Positions 1-13,322 of a stretch of DNA of 64,000 nt are shown here, piece by piece. Position numbers and translations under genes: made by a program. Positions within the stretch are counted from its first letter, which is position 1. The number at the start of each line of letters is the position of its first letter. The notes under the pieces were generated by a model. It had not been told where the DNA came from. It saw nothing but the letters and a program-made list of their open reading frames with translations, and ran no database searches. Source of the DNA: Eledone cirrhosa (taxonomy: Eukaryota); contig OZ024744.1 in NCBI GenBank assembly GCA_964016885.1, forward strand, positions 76,508,001-76,572,000, given 5' to 3'.

Positions 1-377
1 TCTGGATAGTCTAAAACATCAACATCAACAACAACAACAACAACAACAAATAGTGGGTGACAAGAGGAAGGGTTACACTGTGTCACTGCTCTGGGTGGGG
101 GGTGGGGGGAAGAAAGGATTGGTTGGATGTAGTGTTAAAAGCTAAAATGTTGGTTGAAGGGGGTGAAATGGAATAGGGGTGGGGGTGGGATGGGTCTGGA
201 AGTTGACACCAAGTAAGGGTGACAGGCAGGAGGATGAGAGATGTGTGGGTGGGTGGGAGAGGAAAAAGAGCTGGTTTGGTTCAGGTGATGGTGGTATGTA
301 GATATTTAGGTGTGTATGTGTGTATGTGTGGGTGAATGTGTGAGTGAGTGATGGGGCATGTTAGTAAAGAATGAAGA

Positions 378-434
<57 letters not shown>

Positions 435-484
435 GGGCTGAGAGAGAGATAGAGGCAAGAGAGAGAGAGACAGACAGAGAGAAA

Positions 485-516
<32 letters not shown>

Positions 517-807
517 AATAATTGTTTCTACTTTTTGGCACAAGGCCAGCAATTACCCAGTACATTAGAAAGAAATAATGAAAGAAAGAAAGACAGAGAG
601 AGAGAGAGAGAGGAACCAGAACATCCATATCTGTAATTGAGACGTTTATAAGTCTATTGGTGATTGAAAAAGATTTGCTGGAATCATGTCATCATAGAGG
701 CTATGACCTCAGGCTGGTAACAGTGAAGAAATAAATAAAGTAAATGAGTGCAACTCTCTCACTCTCATATACGTATACATGTTTATGTGCGTGTGTATGT
801 ATATATA

Positions 808-860
<53 letters not shown>

Positions 861-863
<3 letters not shown>

Positions 864-1038
864 AACAAGTAAGACCCCGGCGGCTGAGCTCAAGCCGTTT
901 CGACGAATTAGCCGTCGAAACGGCTTGAGCTCAGCCGTCGGGGTCTTACTTGTTCCTATTACCCACTCTACTACCCTAAGTATTGAGTACTTTGGTACGT
1001 TATGGTTCACCTGGTTCCTTACCACATTTCCTTCGTTA
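861..1038. mobile_element. Penelope pLTR-derived fold-back cassette, family A, adjoining (TA)n
   Basis: Inverted repeat aggaacaagtaagacccc...ggggtcttacttgttcct plus a one-sided ~80 nt tail. Carries the HHR 3' half GAAA-CGGC-TTGAGCTCA-GCCG-TC-GGGGT. Same sequence as the 3' end of the Penelope-like element at 58239. Confidence 0.8.
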
Positions 1039-1162
1039 TATTCCTGTAGAAGCTCCTTCTATAAAATAAAAAAGCTCCTTCTATAAAATAAAAAATGTTT
1101 ACTCTGCCATGTATTGAGTACCTTACTTACTGTGGTTATCCCCGACTCAACCCGGGACCTAC

Positions 1163-1244
<82 letters not shown>

Positions 1245-1879
1245 AAAATTTGCTCCACTAGTCCTGGCTGCGTTTGTTTTTTCTAGATGATTTTGGGAAT
1301 ATGGATTGCAGCATATACACACCCTAAGCGTCGGGTGCAGTAATGAAACCATGGCCGTGATCCTTCCCACGCAAGATCGCTTTTTACATCCAACTCATTG
1401 TGTGCTCTCTGATATATAGACTTATATTTCATAAATAGTTTCTGTAAACTCATGGAGCGAGTGTAAATTCGGCGAGCTGAGACAAATTCAATTTGTCTAG
1501 TTCAATAAATATATTTATACATACATACATATATAGATATAATAAGATTTCGCTTCAAGCATAGCTTTATACAATATGTATATAAATTTCGTATTTCTAA
1601 AGAAATACGGTTTAATGAAGCCGTAGCTATGTAAACACCGAGGGGGGGGGGGAAGGGAGCTAATATATATAAATATCATCGTTTAGCGTCCATTTTTCCA
1701 TGATTGCATGGGTTAGATGGGTCGTCCACGTTGGGAGACAAGTCTTGTTCCAACGAGGACTGTAAATCTAGTTGGGAATTTTACAGTTGGAGGCCCTTCC
1801 TAACACCAACCGTGTTTATCTATATCTATATATATATAAAATATATGAAGAAAGGAGGCGGCTGTGAAGTTGCTGGAAG

Positions 1880-2380
1880 GTATACTTAAAAATAAGAAGA
1901 AAGCATGAATGGAGGTCTCCTTCTACCTACCTATTTTGTTGCTATCTACTCTTCCGTCTCTCCCTTTCACTCACCCACTCTCTGCTAGCCACCTCATTGT
2001 TTCCCTCGCCTGTCTATCTAGCAGTCTCTTTTCTCACTTACACTTGCAGAGGACAGCCGTGTCTTTTTTCTCGTCCGCACAACCTCGAACTTATGCTCAG
2101 TAATTGTCGTGGACTTTAATTTTCCCTCTTTGAGCTGCTTACACGTTCTTCAATTTGTTGTTTCCCGTTTTTCTTTCGCTGTTTTTCTCTTTTCTTCCCT
2201 TTTCCCTTCTGTTATCCTACACTTTCTTTCTCTCCCTCCTTTGTTTTCCCAATAACTTACCTAGTTATTGAACGCACTGGGGTAAGATATCTTGTCTTTA
2301 ATGCGTAGAAATATCCGAGACGCCAGCAGACAACTGAAGAAGGAAAATTTTCTGCAGTTCATGCTTTCTTCTTATTTTTA
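1880..2380 (+). mobile_element. Interspersed repeat, probably an old pLTR-like family (other copies 21020-21480 and 21900-22150, minus strand)
   Basis: Clear similarity among the three loci (gttattgaacgc..ctggggt..atatccga(a/g)ac..cagcagacaactga(a/t)ga). Possible decayed HHR core. Confidence 0.55.
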
Positions 2381-2573
2381 AGTATATATATATATATATA
2401 TATAATTAATACAATAACAGAGATAGTTTAAAGCTAAACTCTGACTGGTAACCATCTCACTCAACAAACATTAGGTTATATTAAAATATAAACCCAATTT
2501 AAGTGTTTGGGGTGCTAACAATATGTATAATGTGGAAAAACCAGTTGTATTATTTTATGAGATATAATTAAAG

Positions 2574-2625
<52 letters not shown>

Positions 2626-3320
2626 CACACACACACATATGTACACATACATATACATATATATTTAATTATTTATGCAAATATACATATATACACATAC
2701 GTAAGGCCATGTGTTTTATATGTTACATTGTCCACACCATAATTTAAAATGTAACAAAGTACAAAATTTATATACTGCGTAGAAAGTTAAAATTGTGTTG
2801 ATAACATTAAAATATACACGCATCATTATACACATACGTGCGCGTGCACACACACACACACACACTCTCTCTCTATATATATATGTGTGTGTTTACAATG
2901 CACTGCGACGTAGATTCCCGTCAATATCAAACCCTGCCATGAATGTATTTTCACCCAGTTTGGCTGGTTATACTAACTTTGATTGACATTTGTACTAACG
3001 AATGCACCTTCTCTGAAGATCTTACATTACTGGTTGACGTAGGTGAAACATCTTGTAAGAAGCATAAACATATTTGTTCTAACGACTTACGATTCCTACA
3101 TTTATTCACTTTATTTATACCTGCTCTGCTTGAACCCTCCACAAAATATTAACCCCTCTGTAATATCTAACACTGCTAACCCAAGCCTTCAGCCTACCTC
3201 GCTTCGGCTATCGGCATTTAGTATATTGTACGCACCTCGCTATCCCTCTCCTCTCTTACGATAAAATGAAGTACCAGTAATGCACTGGATAATTGCTGGC
3301 TTTGAGCCAAAAGTAGAAAC

Positions 3321-3394
<74 letters not shown>

Positions 3395-3403
3395 TATATA
3401 TAT

Positions 3404-3759
3404 AGTATAAGAATAAAGGAACAAAGAGTCAGTGTTGCATCATAACATATTTAATAACATATTACATATGTTTCACTGTCGATCAGCTTGAGGAACGATC
3501 TATTATTGATCGAACCTGACTCTGGAACCGAAAGATCCTCAGATATACCTTAGTATGTAAGCTCGTCTCAGATTACATCAATAATAGGTCAATAATAGAT
3601 CGTTCCCGGAGTTGATCGACAGTGAAACATATGTAATGTGTTATGATGCAACACTGACTCTTTGTTCCTTCTTTCTTTACTATTATACTCAGCTCTGCGC
3701 GAGCATCGAGTGCTTACCCGCCATACCGCCTACGAACGCAATTTTCTTGCACCTACACA

Positions 3760-3760
<1 letters not shown>
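3404..3760. mobile_element. Fold-back HHR cassette in (TA)n
   Basis: ~100-bp inverted arms (about 3410-3510 and 3585-3680) and a one-sided tail 3685-3760, flanked by (TA)n. Confidence 0.75.
3457..3548 (-). ncRNA. Type I hammerhead ribozyme motif
   Basis: Minus strand: gtatat-CTGAGGA-long stem II-GAAA-C-ATAT-G-T-A-atatgt. Stem I pairs and the stem III loop is palindromic. Confidence 0.65.
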
Positions 3761-3811
<51 letters not shown>

Positions 3812-3839
3812 TAGGTAGAGAGAGAGAAAGAGAGAGAGT

Positions 3840-5190
3840 GTGTTGGGAGTAAAGTTGGATGAGTCGCAGTTCGGTTTTGTGCCTGGGAGAAGTACTACAG
3901 ATGCTGTCTTCCTAGTGACACAACTGCAAGAGAATTTCCTAGCCAAGAATAAGCCAGTATATTTAGCTTTTGTTGATCTAGAAAAGGTGTTTGATAGGCT
4001 ATCTCGATCTGTCATCTGATAATCCCTAAGGAAACTAAGGGTAGAAGAATGGCTTGTGAGGGCAGTGCAAGCCTTGATAGAAGAACTGTAAGTAAAGTGA
4101 GACTAGGAAATGAGTTTAGTAAGTAATTTAAGGTCAGGCAGGAGTTCATCAGGGCTCAGCCGTCAGCCCACTGCTGTTATTCATAGTTCTCCAGGCCATA
4201 ACAGAGGAGTTTAAGACTGGCAGTCCGTGGGAACTTCTTTCATCTGATGATCTGCTCCGCATAGCTGAAACCATGGAAGAACTGAAGTTTAAGTTCCAAC
4301 TGTGGAAACAACATTTGCAATCAATGCAACTGAGAGTAAACTTAGCCAAAACTAAAGAGCTAGTAAGTAGGAGAGAAGATAGGACTCTCATTACTTCAAG
4401 GAAGTGGCCTTGTTCAATATGTAGAAAAGGAGTAAGCATAAGCTGTATATGATGTAGACAATGTAAATCTTGGGTACATAAGAGATTTAGTGAGATAACA
4501 GGTAGAATAACAGGAAGGGAAAACTTTGTATATAGTTGTTCAGGGTTAAGTGATAGTAGCAGCGACAGTAATATAAATGTTTGCAAGAATATTCATAGAA
4601 GTGGTTGATAGCTTCTGATATCTAGGTGATATAATTAGAAGTAAAGGAGACTGTTCTGAGAGGATAGTATTATAGCTAAAATCAGAATAGGATGGAAGAA
4701 GTTTAGGGAACTATTACCTCAGTTGACAATTAAAAGATTTCTTCCTCCAAATGAAAGGCTAGCTGTATGTTGCATGTGTGCAAAGTGCTATTCTCCATGT
4801 CTGAAACATGCACAGTAAATGTAAAGGATATGTACAGGCTGGAGAGAAATGAAGCAAGCATATTTAATTGGATGTACAATGTTAACAACAGAGCAATCAC
4901 AGAACAACAGAGCTTGGATGAACTGAGGGAGAAACTTATTAAGAAGAAAAATCAGAATTAGTGTGTAAGAGAGGAGTTTTTATTGGTAAGGATATGTGAC
5001 GAGCATGGAGGATGATTGCAGGGTGAAGAAGTGCTAAGAAATCTCGCTGGAAGAAAGCTGCAGTTGAGGAAGTTCAAGGAAGACTTGGGCAAAGGTGGTG
5101 AGAGATAATCTCAAATTTCTAAAACTCATAGTGGTGATGACAAAGGATCATGTGCAAGCATAGAAAAATGGACATAAAAACAATATGATA
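3840..5190 (+). mobile_element. 5'-truncated, decayed RTE-clade LINE (RT to 3' end)
   Basis: Translates to QFGFVPGRSTTDAVF, AFVDLEKVFDR, GVHQGSAVSPLL, ELL..DDL and a Cys-rich WPCSICRKG segment, with many stops and frameshifts. Confidence 0.85.
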
Positions 5191-5194
5191 TATA

Positions 5195-5535
5195 TGGAGG
5201 CACATGGCTTAATGTTTAGAGCATTAGCCTTGCAATCGAAAGGTTGTGAGTTCAATTCTCAGACCGGGTGATGTGTTGTTTCCTTGAGCAAGACACTTTA
5301 TTTCACATTGCTCCAGTTTACTCAGCTGTAGAAATGAGATGATAGGGACTGGGGTCTCTATCATTCCACTGTAAAGTGGTCGTGGAGGTGCCACAACAAA
5401 AAAGCACCCAGCACTCACTGTAAATGAGGTTGGTGTTAGGAAGGGCATCCAGCTGTAGAAATCAAGCCAGAATCAGTTCCCGTCCCACCCTTGCAAGCAG
5501 GGAAAAGCGGACGTAAATGATGATGATGATGATGA
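5195..5535 (+). mobile_element. tRNA-derived SINE with CORE-like centre and RTE-like 3' end plus (TGA)n tail
   Basis: A-box and B-box like head (tggcttaatgtttag; gagttcaattc), ccttgagcaagacactttatttcac core, 3' end gaaaagcggacgtaaa(tga)n. Related copies at 24113 and 55690. Confidence 0.7.
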
Positions 5536-5551
5536 TATATATATATATATA

Positions 5552-5750
5552 AGAATCGGGGACCCCGACGACTGAGCTCTTGCCGTTTCAACAGCTAGTT
5601 CTGAACTATCAAGCTCAGAAGTAGCTGTTGAAATGGCAAGAGCTCAGCCATCGGGGTCCTGAATTTTTCATATTACCGACTCTACTATCCCAAGTATCAA
5701 GTACTCTGGTGAGTAATAGTCTAACAGGATTTTACTGTATCCATTTTGAT
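5552..5750. mobile_element. Family A Penelope pLTR fold-back cassette
   Basis: Inverted repeat containing GAAA-TGGC-AAGAGCTCA-GCCA-TC-GGGGT plus tail, between (TA)n tracts. Confidence 0.75.
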
Positions 5751-5774
5751 TTTTATATATATATATATATATAT

Positions 5775-6054
5775 AATATAAGATCAAAAGATGGTTAATA
5801 GATTCCTCGTATTTTATTATGCGCATTTCAAAAACAAATATCATCATGAGATGACATTTGCGTTTTCGTCAGATAAAATAGGGAGACATGACATGAAGGT
5901 TAAAAAACATGATGACATTTGTTTTTGAAATGCGCATAATACAATACATGGAACTCTCTTAACCATCTTTTGATCTTATATTATTTATACTCCAGTCCTA
6001 CAAACTTATCCGAAATCTGCATTGCTTTATTGTACTACAATAAAACTCACCTCC
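5775..6054. mobile_element. Fold-back HHR cassette in (TA)n
   Basis: Inverted arms about 5775-5848 and 5908-5982, one-sided tail to 6054. Confidence 0.75.
5810..5880 (-). ncRNA. Minimal type I hammerhead ribozyme
   Basis: Minus strand: tattttat-CTGACGA-aaacgcaaatgtcatc(tcat)gatgatatttgttttt-GAAA-T-GCGC-A-T-A-ataaaata. Stem I is 8 bp and the core is canonical. Confidence 0.8.
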
Positions 6055-6627
6055 TATATATATATATATTTCAGTTTAAAATAGGTACACTGCATCATTG
6101 GGTGCTGTAAGAAATGAGTAAACGTGTTGGTTTCAGGAAAGGCATCTGGGTATCAACCATTGCCTAAAAAAATCTTGTCCAATCAACGCTTGCCTGGAAC
6201 ACTTGACTTAAAAGCAATGGTAATGACATATATATGTGTGTGTGTGTGCATATGTACAAAATTAAAAGCACAAACAAACACACACACATACACTCCAAGA
6301 GGAACATGATGATATAAAACATGCTCTTAAAGATATATATATATATATACCAAATATAATAATATAAGAAAAGAGTTTCTGGAAAATCATGCTAATGGCC
6401 ACAAGAGTGTGGTGAAAGAATTTCAAAAGCCATTAATTGTTATACTAATTGGTTAGTTAATTAGTGAATTTATTTATAATAATAAACAAAGTAAACCACA
6501 ACCAGTGCATGTCTTTTTATTGGCAGATTAACCCTCCCAAAGTACAACAATATATTTTTAAACACATGGTTTCACATCAAGAGTCTTGCTAAACATAAAC
6601 AAAAAAAAAACTATGAAAAAAAAAAAT

Positions 6628-7935
<1,308 letters not shown>

Positions 7936-8135
7936 NNNNNNNNNNNNNNNNNNNNNNNNNNNNNNNNNNNNNNNNNNNNNNNNNNNNNNNNNNNNNNNNN
8001 NNNNNNNNNNNNNNNNNNNNNNNNNNNNNNNNNNNNNNNNNNNNNNNNNNNNNNNNNNNNNNNNNNNNNNNNNNNNNNNNNNNNNNNNNNNNNNNNNNNN
8101 NNNNNNNNNNNNNNNNNNNNNNNNNNNNNNNNNNN
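7936..8135. other. Assembly gap (200 N)
   Basis: Run of n. Confidence 1.
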
Positions 8136-8139
8136 GTTC

Positions 8140-8225
8140 CCTTTACCGAATCAGTTTCAAGTCTCAAAAAATAAATGGACAGTGCTTGCAGCCTTCCATT
8201 GAAAAGATAAGCTCTCGTCAGAAGG
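8140..8225 (-). ncRNA. Type I hammerhead ribozyme motif
   Basis: Minus strand: cctt-CTGACGA-gagctta...tgagactt-GAAA-CTG-ATT-CGG-T-A-aagg. Confidence 0.65.
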
Positions 8226-8442
8226 TTCTTTTCACTCGGAGAATATAAAGTTCCCGAGTTCAAATTACGAACTGGCGCTATTCAAAATTGTTCCCGAGAT
8301 GAGAATGAATGATGTGGAAGCAATTCTGTCAAGTGCCGTGTGTAAAGATAGAAGCAGAAGCAGGGATGTCAGTCTACTACCACTATAAATAGCAGCAGTC
8401 AAAACGACCAAATTTTATCTCGTCCAAGAGGAAAATAATAAT

Positions 8443-8597
8443 AATAAAGTATATATCCCTACACGCAAAAAGCGTCCAGGGACACATGTATTGTCCAACC
8501 ATATGCTAATGTAACCTGCCATTGAACCACATTGGCATATGGTTGGACAATACATGTGTCCCTGGACGCTTTTTGCGTGTAGGGACATATACTTTAT

Positions 8598-8600
<3 letters not shown>
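8443..8600. repeat. Inverted-repeat (fold-back) cassette next to (TA)n
   Basis: ~68-bp near-perfect arms (ataaagtat..ccctacacgcaaaaagcgtccaggg.. and its reverse complement) with a ~17-nt loop. Confidence 0.8.
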
Positions 8601-8668
<68 letters not shown>

Positions 8669-8671
<3 letters not shown>

Positions 8672-9446
8672 TGCTAGGGAAAGGATCAGGGGTGTATAAC
8701 ACTCCACTTATCCAGCAGGCAGTATGAGAATAGGTTAGCTCAATGTCTAAGGACAGAGCCGTAATATATATATATAATAAATAAATAACAAAGAACGCTT
8801 ATAGCATATGCATATCTTTACTTGCTAACATTGTTTCATCCACACTATAAGTGGGACTCATCAGAGCATAAAGGTTAATTACATACCATACAAGCAATAA
8901 CAAATCCAAGACATTGAAGAATGAAAGGTAATAATAGACGATAGAGGATAAGAATAAAAATAAAAATAAAAATAAAAGTAAAATAAAAATAAAAATAAAA
9001 ATAAAAATAAGGGGTGCTATCAGTCACAGTTGGGCGGTGTGCTGTCAACATATAGTTACATACAAGCATACACATGGATAAGAGAACAGACAAGAGTAGA
9101 CACATGGATAAGAGAACAGACAAGAGTAGATAAGATAATGGGATTAGGTAAGAGTAGGTAAAAAATAGGTAAAAAATAGGTAAAAAACAGACTTATAATA
9201 TATATAAAAAGAAATACAAAGAAATACATAACAAACTTACATATAAAATATAAAATATAGGGTAAGGAATGAGATAAAATAATATACAATTAAAAATTAA
9301 AAATTATATACATAGAACATAATATAGTATAATCGTAAAATAAGATAAAATAAGGTAAACTAAAATCAAATAACATAGACTAAATTAAAATTAAAATCAA
9401 ATGTATAATTATAATTATATGTATAATTAAATGTAATTAAATGTAA

Positions 9447-9486
<40 letters not shown>

Positions 9487-9576
9487 AAATTAAAAATTAA
9501 AAATTAAAATTTAAATAAATAAATAAAATTAAAATTAAAATTTTAAAATTTTAAAATTAAAATCTAAATTTAAATA

Positions 9577-9615
<39 letters not shown>

Positions 9616-11325
9616 ATGGAGTCAAGTAAGTAAATAAATAAAATTAGATAACATGAAATGAAATAAAATAAAATGAAATAAAGTAAATTGAGATAAGATA
9701 TATATTTTTTTAGAATATATCTCTTGAATATATCAGGGGCCCACGAAGGCACTAAATGTCACAGTTATGTGTATCACTTGACCAATTTTTCAAAATATAT
9801 TTCTTGAAAACATCAGGGGCCCACGAAGGCACTAAGTGTCACAGTCACCAGTATCACTTGACCATTGCAAGGCAATGGAGGCGTCCCAGGTTGGGCAGTC
9901 TCGAAAGTTCACTCGAAAGTCATGGGTGTGCATTCACACAGTTGAGCGGTGGGGTAATCACAAACCGGTTCACACACCAATTTTTTTAAAATATATTTCT
10001 TGAAAACATCAGGGGCCCACGAAGGCACTAAGTGTCACAGTCACCAGTATCACTCGAGCGGTGGGGTAATCACAAACCGGTTCACACACGGGCAGGAGTC
10101 AAATGGTCAGAGAGGTGCATCAAAGGAGGTAGAAGAATTCACATGCATTAGCAAGCGTGAGGTTAAAGCAAGCAGATACAGTTGTAGCGCATACAAAATA
10201 TAAAAAGATAGCTTCAAGAGCCATTAAGTCACCGCATTGGGACATCACAAGATTGTACACATCAATATGTTCAGCACGTATATGCACGTATATACACCAC
10301 ATGCATATGCAGAGACGGTATACATATATATATATATATTTTTTTTTATATATACACACAGACACATATAACCACCTACACCCATACACATATAAATGTA
10401 TACACGGGCACACACGCACACACACACAGCGTAGGACACCCGGGTCAAAGCCGATATTAAATACAATATTAAACACCGAAATACCACATTAGATCAGACC
10501 CACCACCACAGGTAATATATTCAAAACAAATACATACGATGAGATGTATTAAAATAAAGTTGAAATCCTACGGAGATATTCATGTCTGCACGTGCCATTG
10601 ACCGATTCGAGTGTACACAGACCGTTAGTAACTACGGAGGGCCATCGGGGCCAAAACGTTACTTTCGGGATCATAAAAACGACCGTCAATATAAGGAAGG
10701 CCGATCGTGCTAGAAAGACTACAACCCCGGGTAAGAGCTCCCAGAGGTCAGCCTGTAGATCTTGAACCACAGAATATGAGGGCAACACATATATGCGCCA
10801 CGTATCCACTGCTTACGGCAGGATGGCACGGGTCCGCCACAGTTACAGGCTAAATTTCTACTAGTGCAGCCTAAATCACAGTACACGCTTTACATAAATA
10901 CATTACATCACAACTCATGCGCATACAGAGGTACAGATCAACAAGATATACGTCAGGATAGGTCCACCAATGCACTAATGGTGGGTAGGCCAGCGTGGAT
11001 GGGTTACATCCACTGTACCAAACAGGGGTGCTTATTAACATACACTCCCCTGCACACCCCAATATCAAGATCAATATCCTCCCACAGGCATACGTATACA
11101 TTCACAGACTCGTATACATAGACGACCAACATTAGGAGACAGTTACACTCAGTCAGAGACAGTTACACAAGACAGCCCAACTGGAGGAATAAGGACGTGC
11201 TAGCTAACAGGTTTAAAGTAGAAGAAAGAGCTTAATATTCGGTGGGGGCAAGAGGAAAAAATTTCAGACTTTCTATTTAGTAGAGGGCATTTAGCAAATA
11301 TAATAGAGTGGGATTCGGCAAGGCA
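8669..11325 (-). mobile_element. 5'-truncated Penelope-like element: ORF C-terminal tip, ~2.4-kb 3' region and HHR-bearing pLTR
   Basis: 11325-11200 translates CLAESHSIIFAKCPLLNRKSEIFSSCPHR..*, matching the C-termini of the other two PLEs here (..LC..E...I...LN.R.E....C.H). HHR at 8816-8873. Ends in (TA)n. Confidence 0.7.
8816..8873 (-). ncRNA. Type I hammerhead ribozyme
   Basis: Reverse complement of the 11943-12000 motif. Confidence 0.75.
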
Positions 11326-12038
11326 TTTATTTATTTAATTACATTTAATTACATTTAATTATACATATAATTATAATTATACATTTGATTTTAATTTTAA
11401 TTTAGTCTATGTTATTTGATTTTAGTTTACCTTATTTTATCTTATTTTACGATTATACTATATTATGTTCTATGTATATAATTTTTAATTTTTAATTGTA
11501 TATTATTTTATCTCATTCCTTACCCTATATTTTATATTTTATATGTAAGTTTGTTATGTATTTCTTTGTATTTCTTTTTATATATATTATAAGTCTGTTT
11601 TTTACCTATTTTTTACCTATTTTTTACCTACTCTTACCTAATCCCATTATCTTATCTACTCTTGTCTGTTCTCTTATCCATGTGTCTACTCTTGTATGTT
11701 CTCTTATCCATGTGTATGCTTGTATGTAACTATATGTTGACAGCACACCGCCCAAATGTGACTGATAGCACCCCTTATTTTTATTTTTATTTTTATTTTT
11801 ACTTTTATTTTTATTTTTATTTTTATTTTTATTTTTATTTTTATTTTTATTTTTATTTTTATTCTTATCCTCTATCGTCTATTATTACCTTTCATTCTTC
11901 AATGTCTTGGATTTGTTATTGCTTGTATGGTATGTAATTAACCTTTATGCTCTGATGAGTCCCACTTATAGTGTGGATGAAACAATGTTAGCAAGTAAAG
12001 ATATGCATATGCTATAAGCGTTCTTTGTTATTTATTTG

Positions 12039-12040
<2 letters not shown>
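11326..12040 (+). mobile_element. Inverted pLTR copy (~700 bp) of 8770-9460
   Basis: Near-identical reverse complement, also visible as mirrored ORFs 9056-9289/11496-11729 and 8875-9123/11662-11937. Confidence 0.9.
11943..12000 (+). ncRNA. Type I hammerhead ribozyme
   Basis: ctttatgct-CTGATGA-gtcccac(ttata)gtgtggat-GAAA-C-AAT-G-T-T-agca-ag-taaag. Confidence 0.75.
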
Positions 12041-12090
<50 letters not shown>

Positions 12091-12093
<3 letters not shown>

Positions 12094-12650
12094 GATAAAT
12101 CTATCAAGAGTTTATGGTAGTGTCCAATCCGTATGAAGAACTCAATGTAATCCGGATATCATGGAAAGAAGAGATGCATTCAAAAATCACTTTCGGTGAA
12201 AGATAAACGGAATACAGAGTCAAGATAAAATATAAAAAAAAAAAATAATGAATAAAACAATGAAACAGTTCCTTATATTAAACAAAAAAAAGTTCATTAT
12301 TTAACGATCGTTTCTAGGACATATATGTGTTAGAATTGGCATGCATATTCAACAGATCTATGTACAAAATTATACAAAATTATACAAACTATCAAATTTA
12401 ATATACATACCAAAATATACATATGCCGTCTTCAGAAATAATTATTTCTGAAGACGGCATATGTATGTGTTGGTATGTATATTAAATTTGATAGTTTGTA
12501 TAATTTTGTATAATTTTGTACATAGATCTGTTGAATATGCATGCCAATTCTAACACATATATGTCCTAGAAACGATCGTTAAATAATGAACTTTTTTTTT
12601 GTTTAATATAAGGAACTGTTTCATTGTTTTATTCATTATTTTTTTAATAT
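12091..12650. mobile_element. Spacer-less ~400-bp palindrome (about 12237-12646) plus tail, carrying an HHR on each strand
   Basis: Centre cagaaataa|ttatttctg at 12441/12442, near-perfect ~200-bp arms, flanked by (TA)n. Confidence 0.85.
12441..12587 (+). ncRNA. Hammerhead ribozyme with greatly extended stem II (mirror copy 12296-12442, minus strand)
   Basis: attattt-CTGAAGA-cggcatatgtatgtgttgg...ctaacacatatatgtccta-GAAA-C-GATC-G-T-T-aaataat. Confidence 0.65.
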
Positions 12651-12675
12651 TTTATATATATATATATATATATAT

Positions 12676-13322
12676 GTTGTTTTTCGTTAATTCCTAAGCC
12701 GAAATACGATTCTCGGTAATTTATATTTGTATTAATCTCCAGAGTCTAGCTATTGACCAGTTAATTTTCTTGATATTTTTAGTTGATTCTATTGACTGAT
12801 GAATAGCTTATGTTAACTTTAACCATTCTGTCGAGAGCTTTATTCGATTTGTGATATTTTGCATTCTTGCAATATTATACACAACTGAATTCATTCGCCT
12901 AAAATAAGTGTTGCCTCCCTTGCTGAAGTCCACGTGGAGTCAGTAATAGTCACACTTTGGATTAGCAATTGAGCAAAAACCTGTTGATAAAGTGGCTTCC
13001 TTGTTCAATCATCTTACCAGAAGCCTAACATTTTTTATGTAAGCGGACAGTACATGATTTAGGAGTCGCAGAAACCCAAATACTGGATTTTACCAAACTT
13101 CCAGGGGTCCGGGTAAATTTTTCAATCACATATATTTTTATTGTTTGACCCGAATTACTTGGTCGTTTCCTTGGCTGTGCGGATGATTTGTTTAACCATC
13201 ATCTCAGTGTGTTTGGCCTTTTACGTATGTTGTAGCTCTGATTCATTCTGAATCATCGAGCGCTTGCCACACATCTCGGAAGTTGTTTTTCGTTAATTCC
13301 TAAGCCGAAATACGATTCTCGC

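Noticed and set aside
1345-1370. GAAACCATGG as a hammerhead 3' half
   Set aside because: No UH site, CTGANGA or stem I found.
5620-5660. Apparent compensatory change in HHR stem III (CGGC/GCCG to TGGC/GCCA)
   Set aside because: Both changes are CpG transitions, so they are not reliable covariation evidence.
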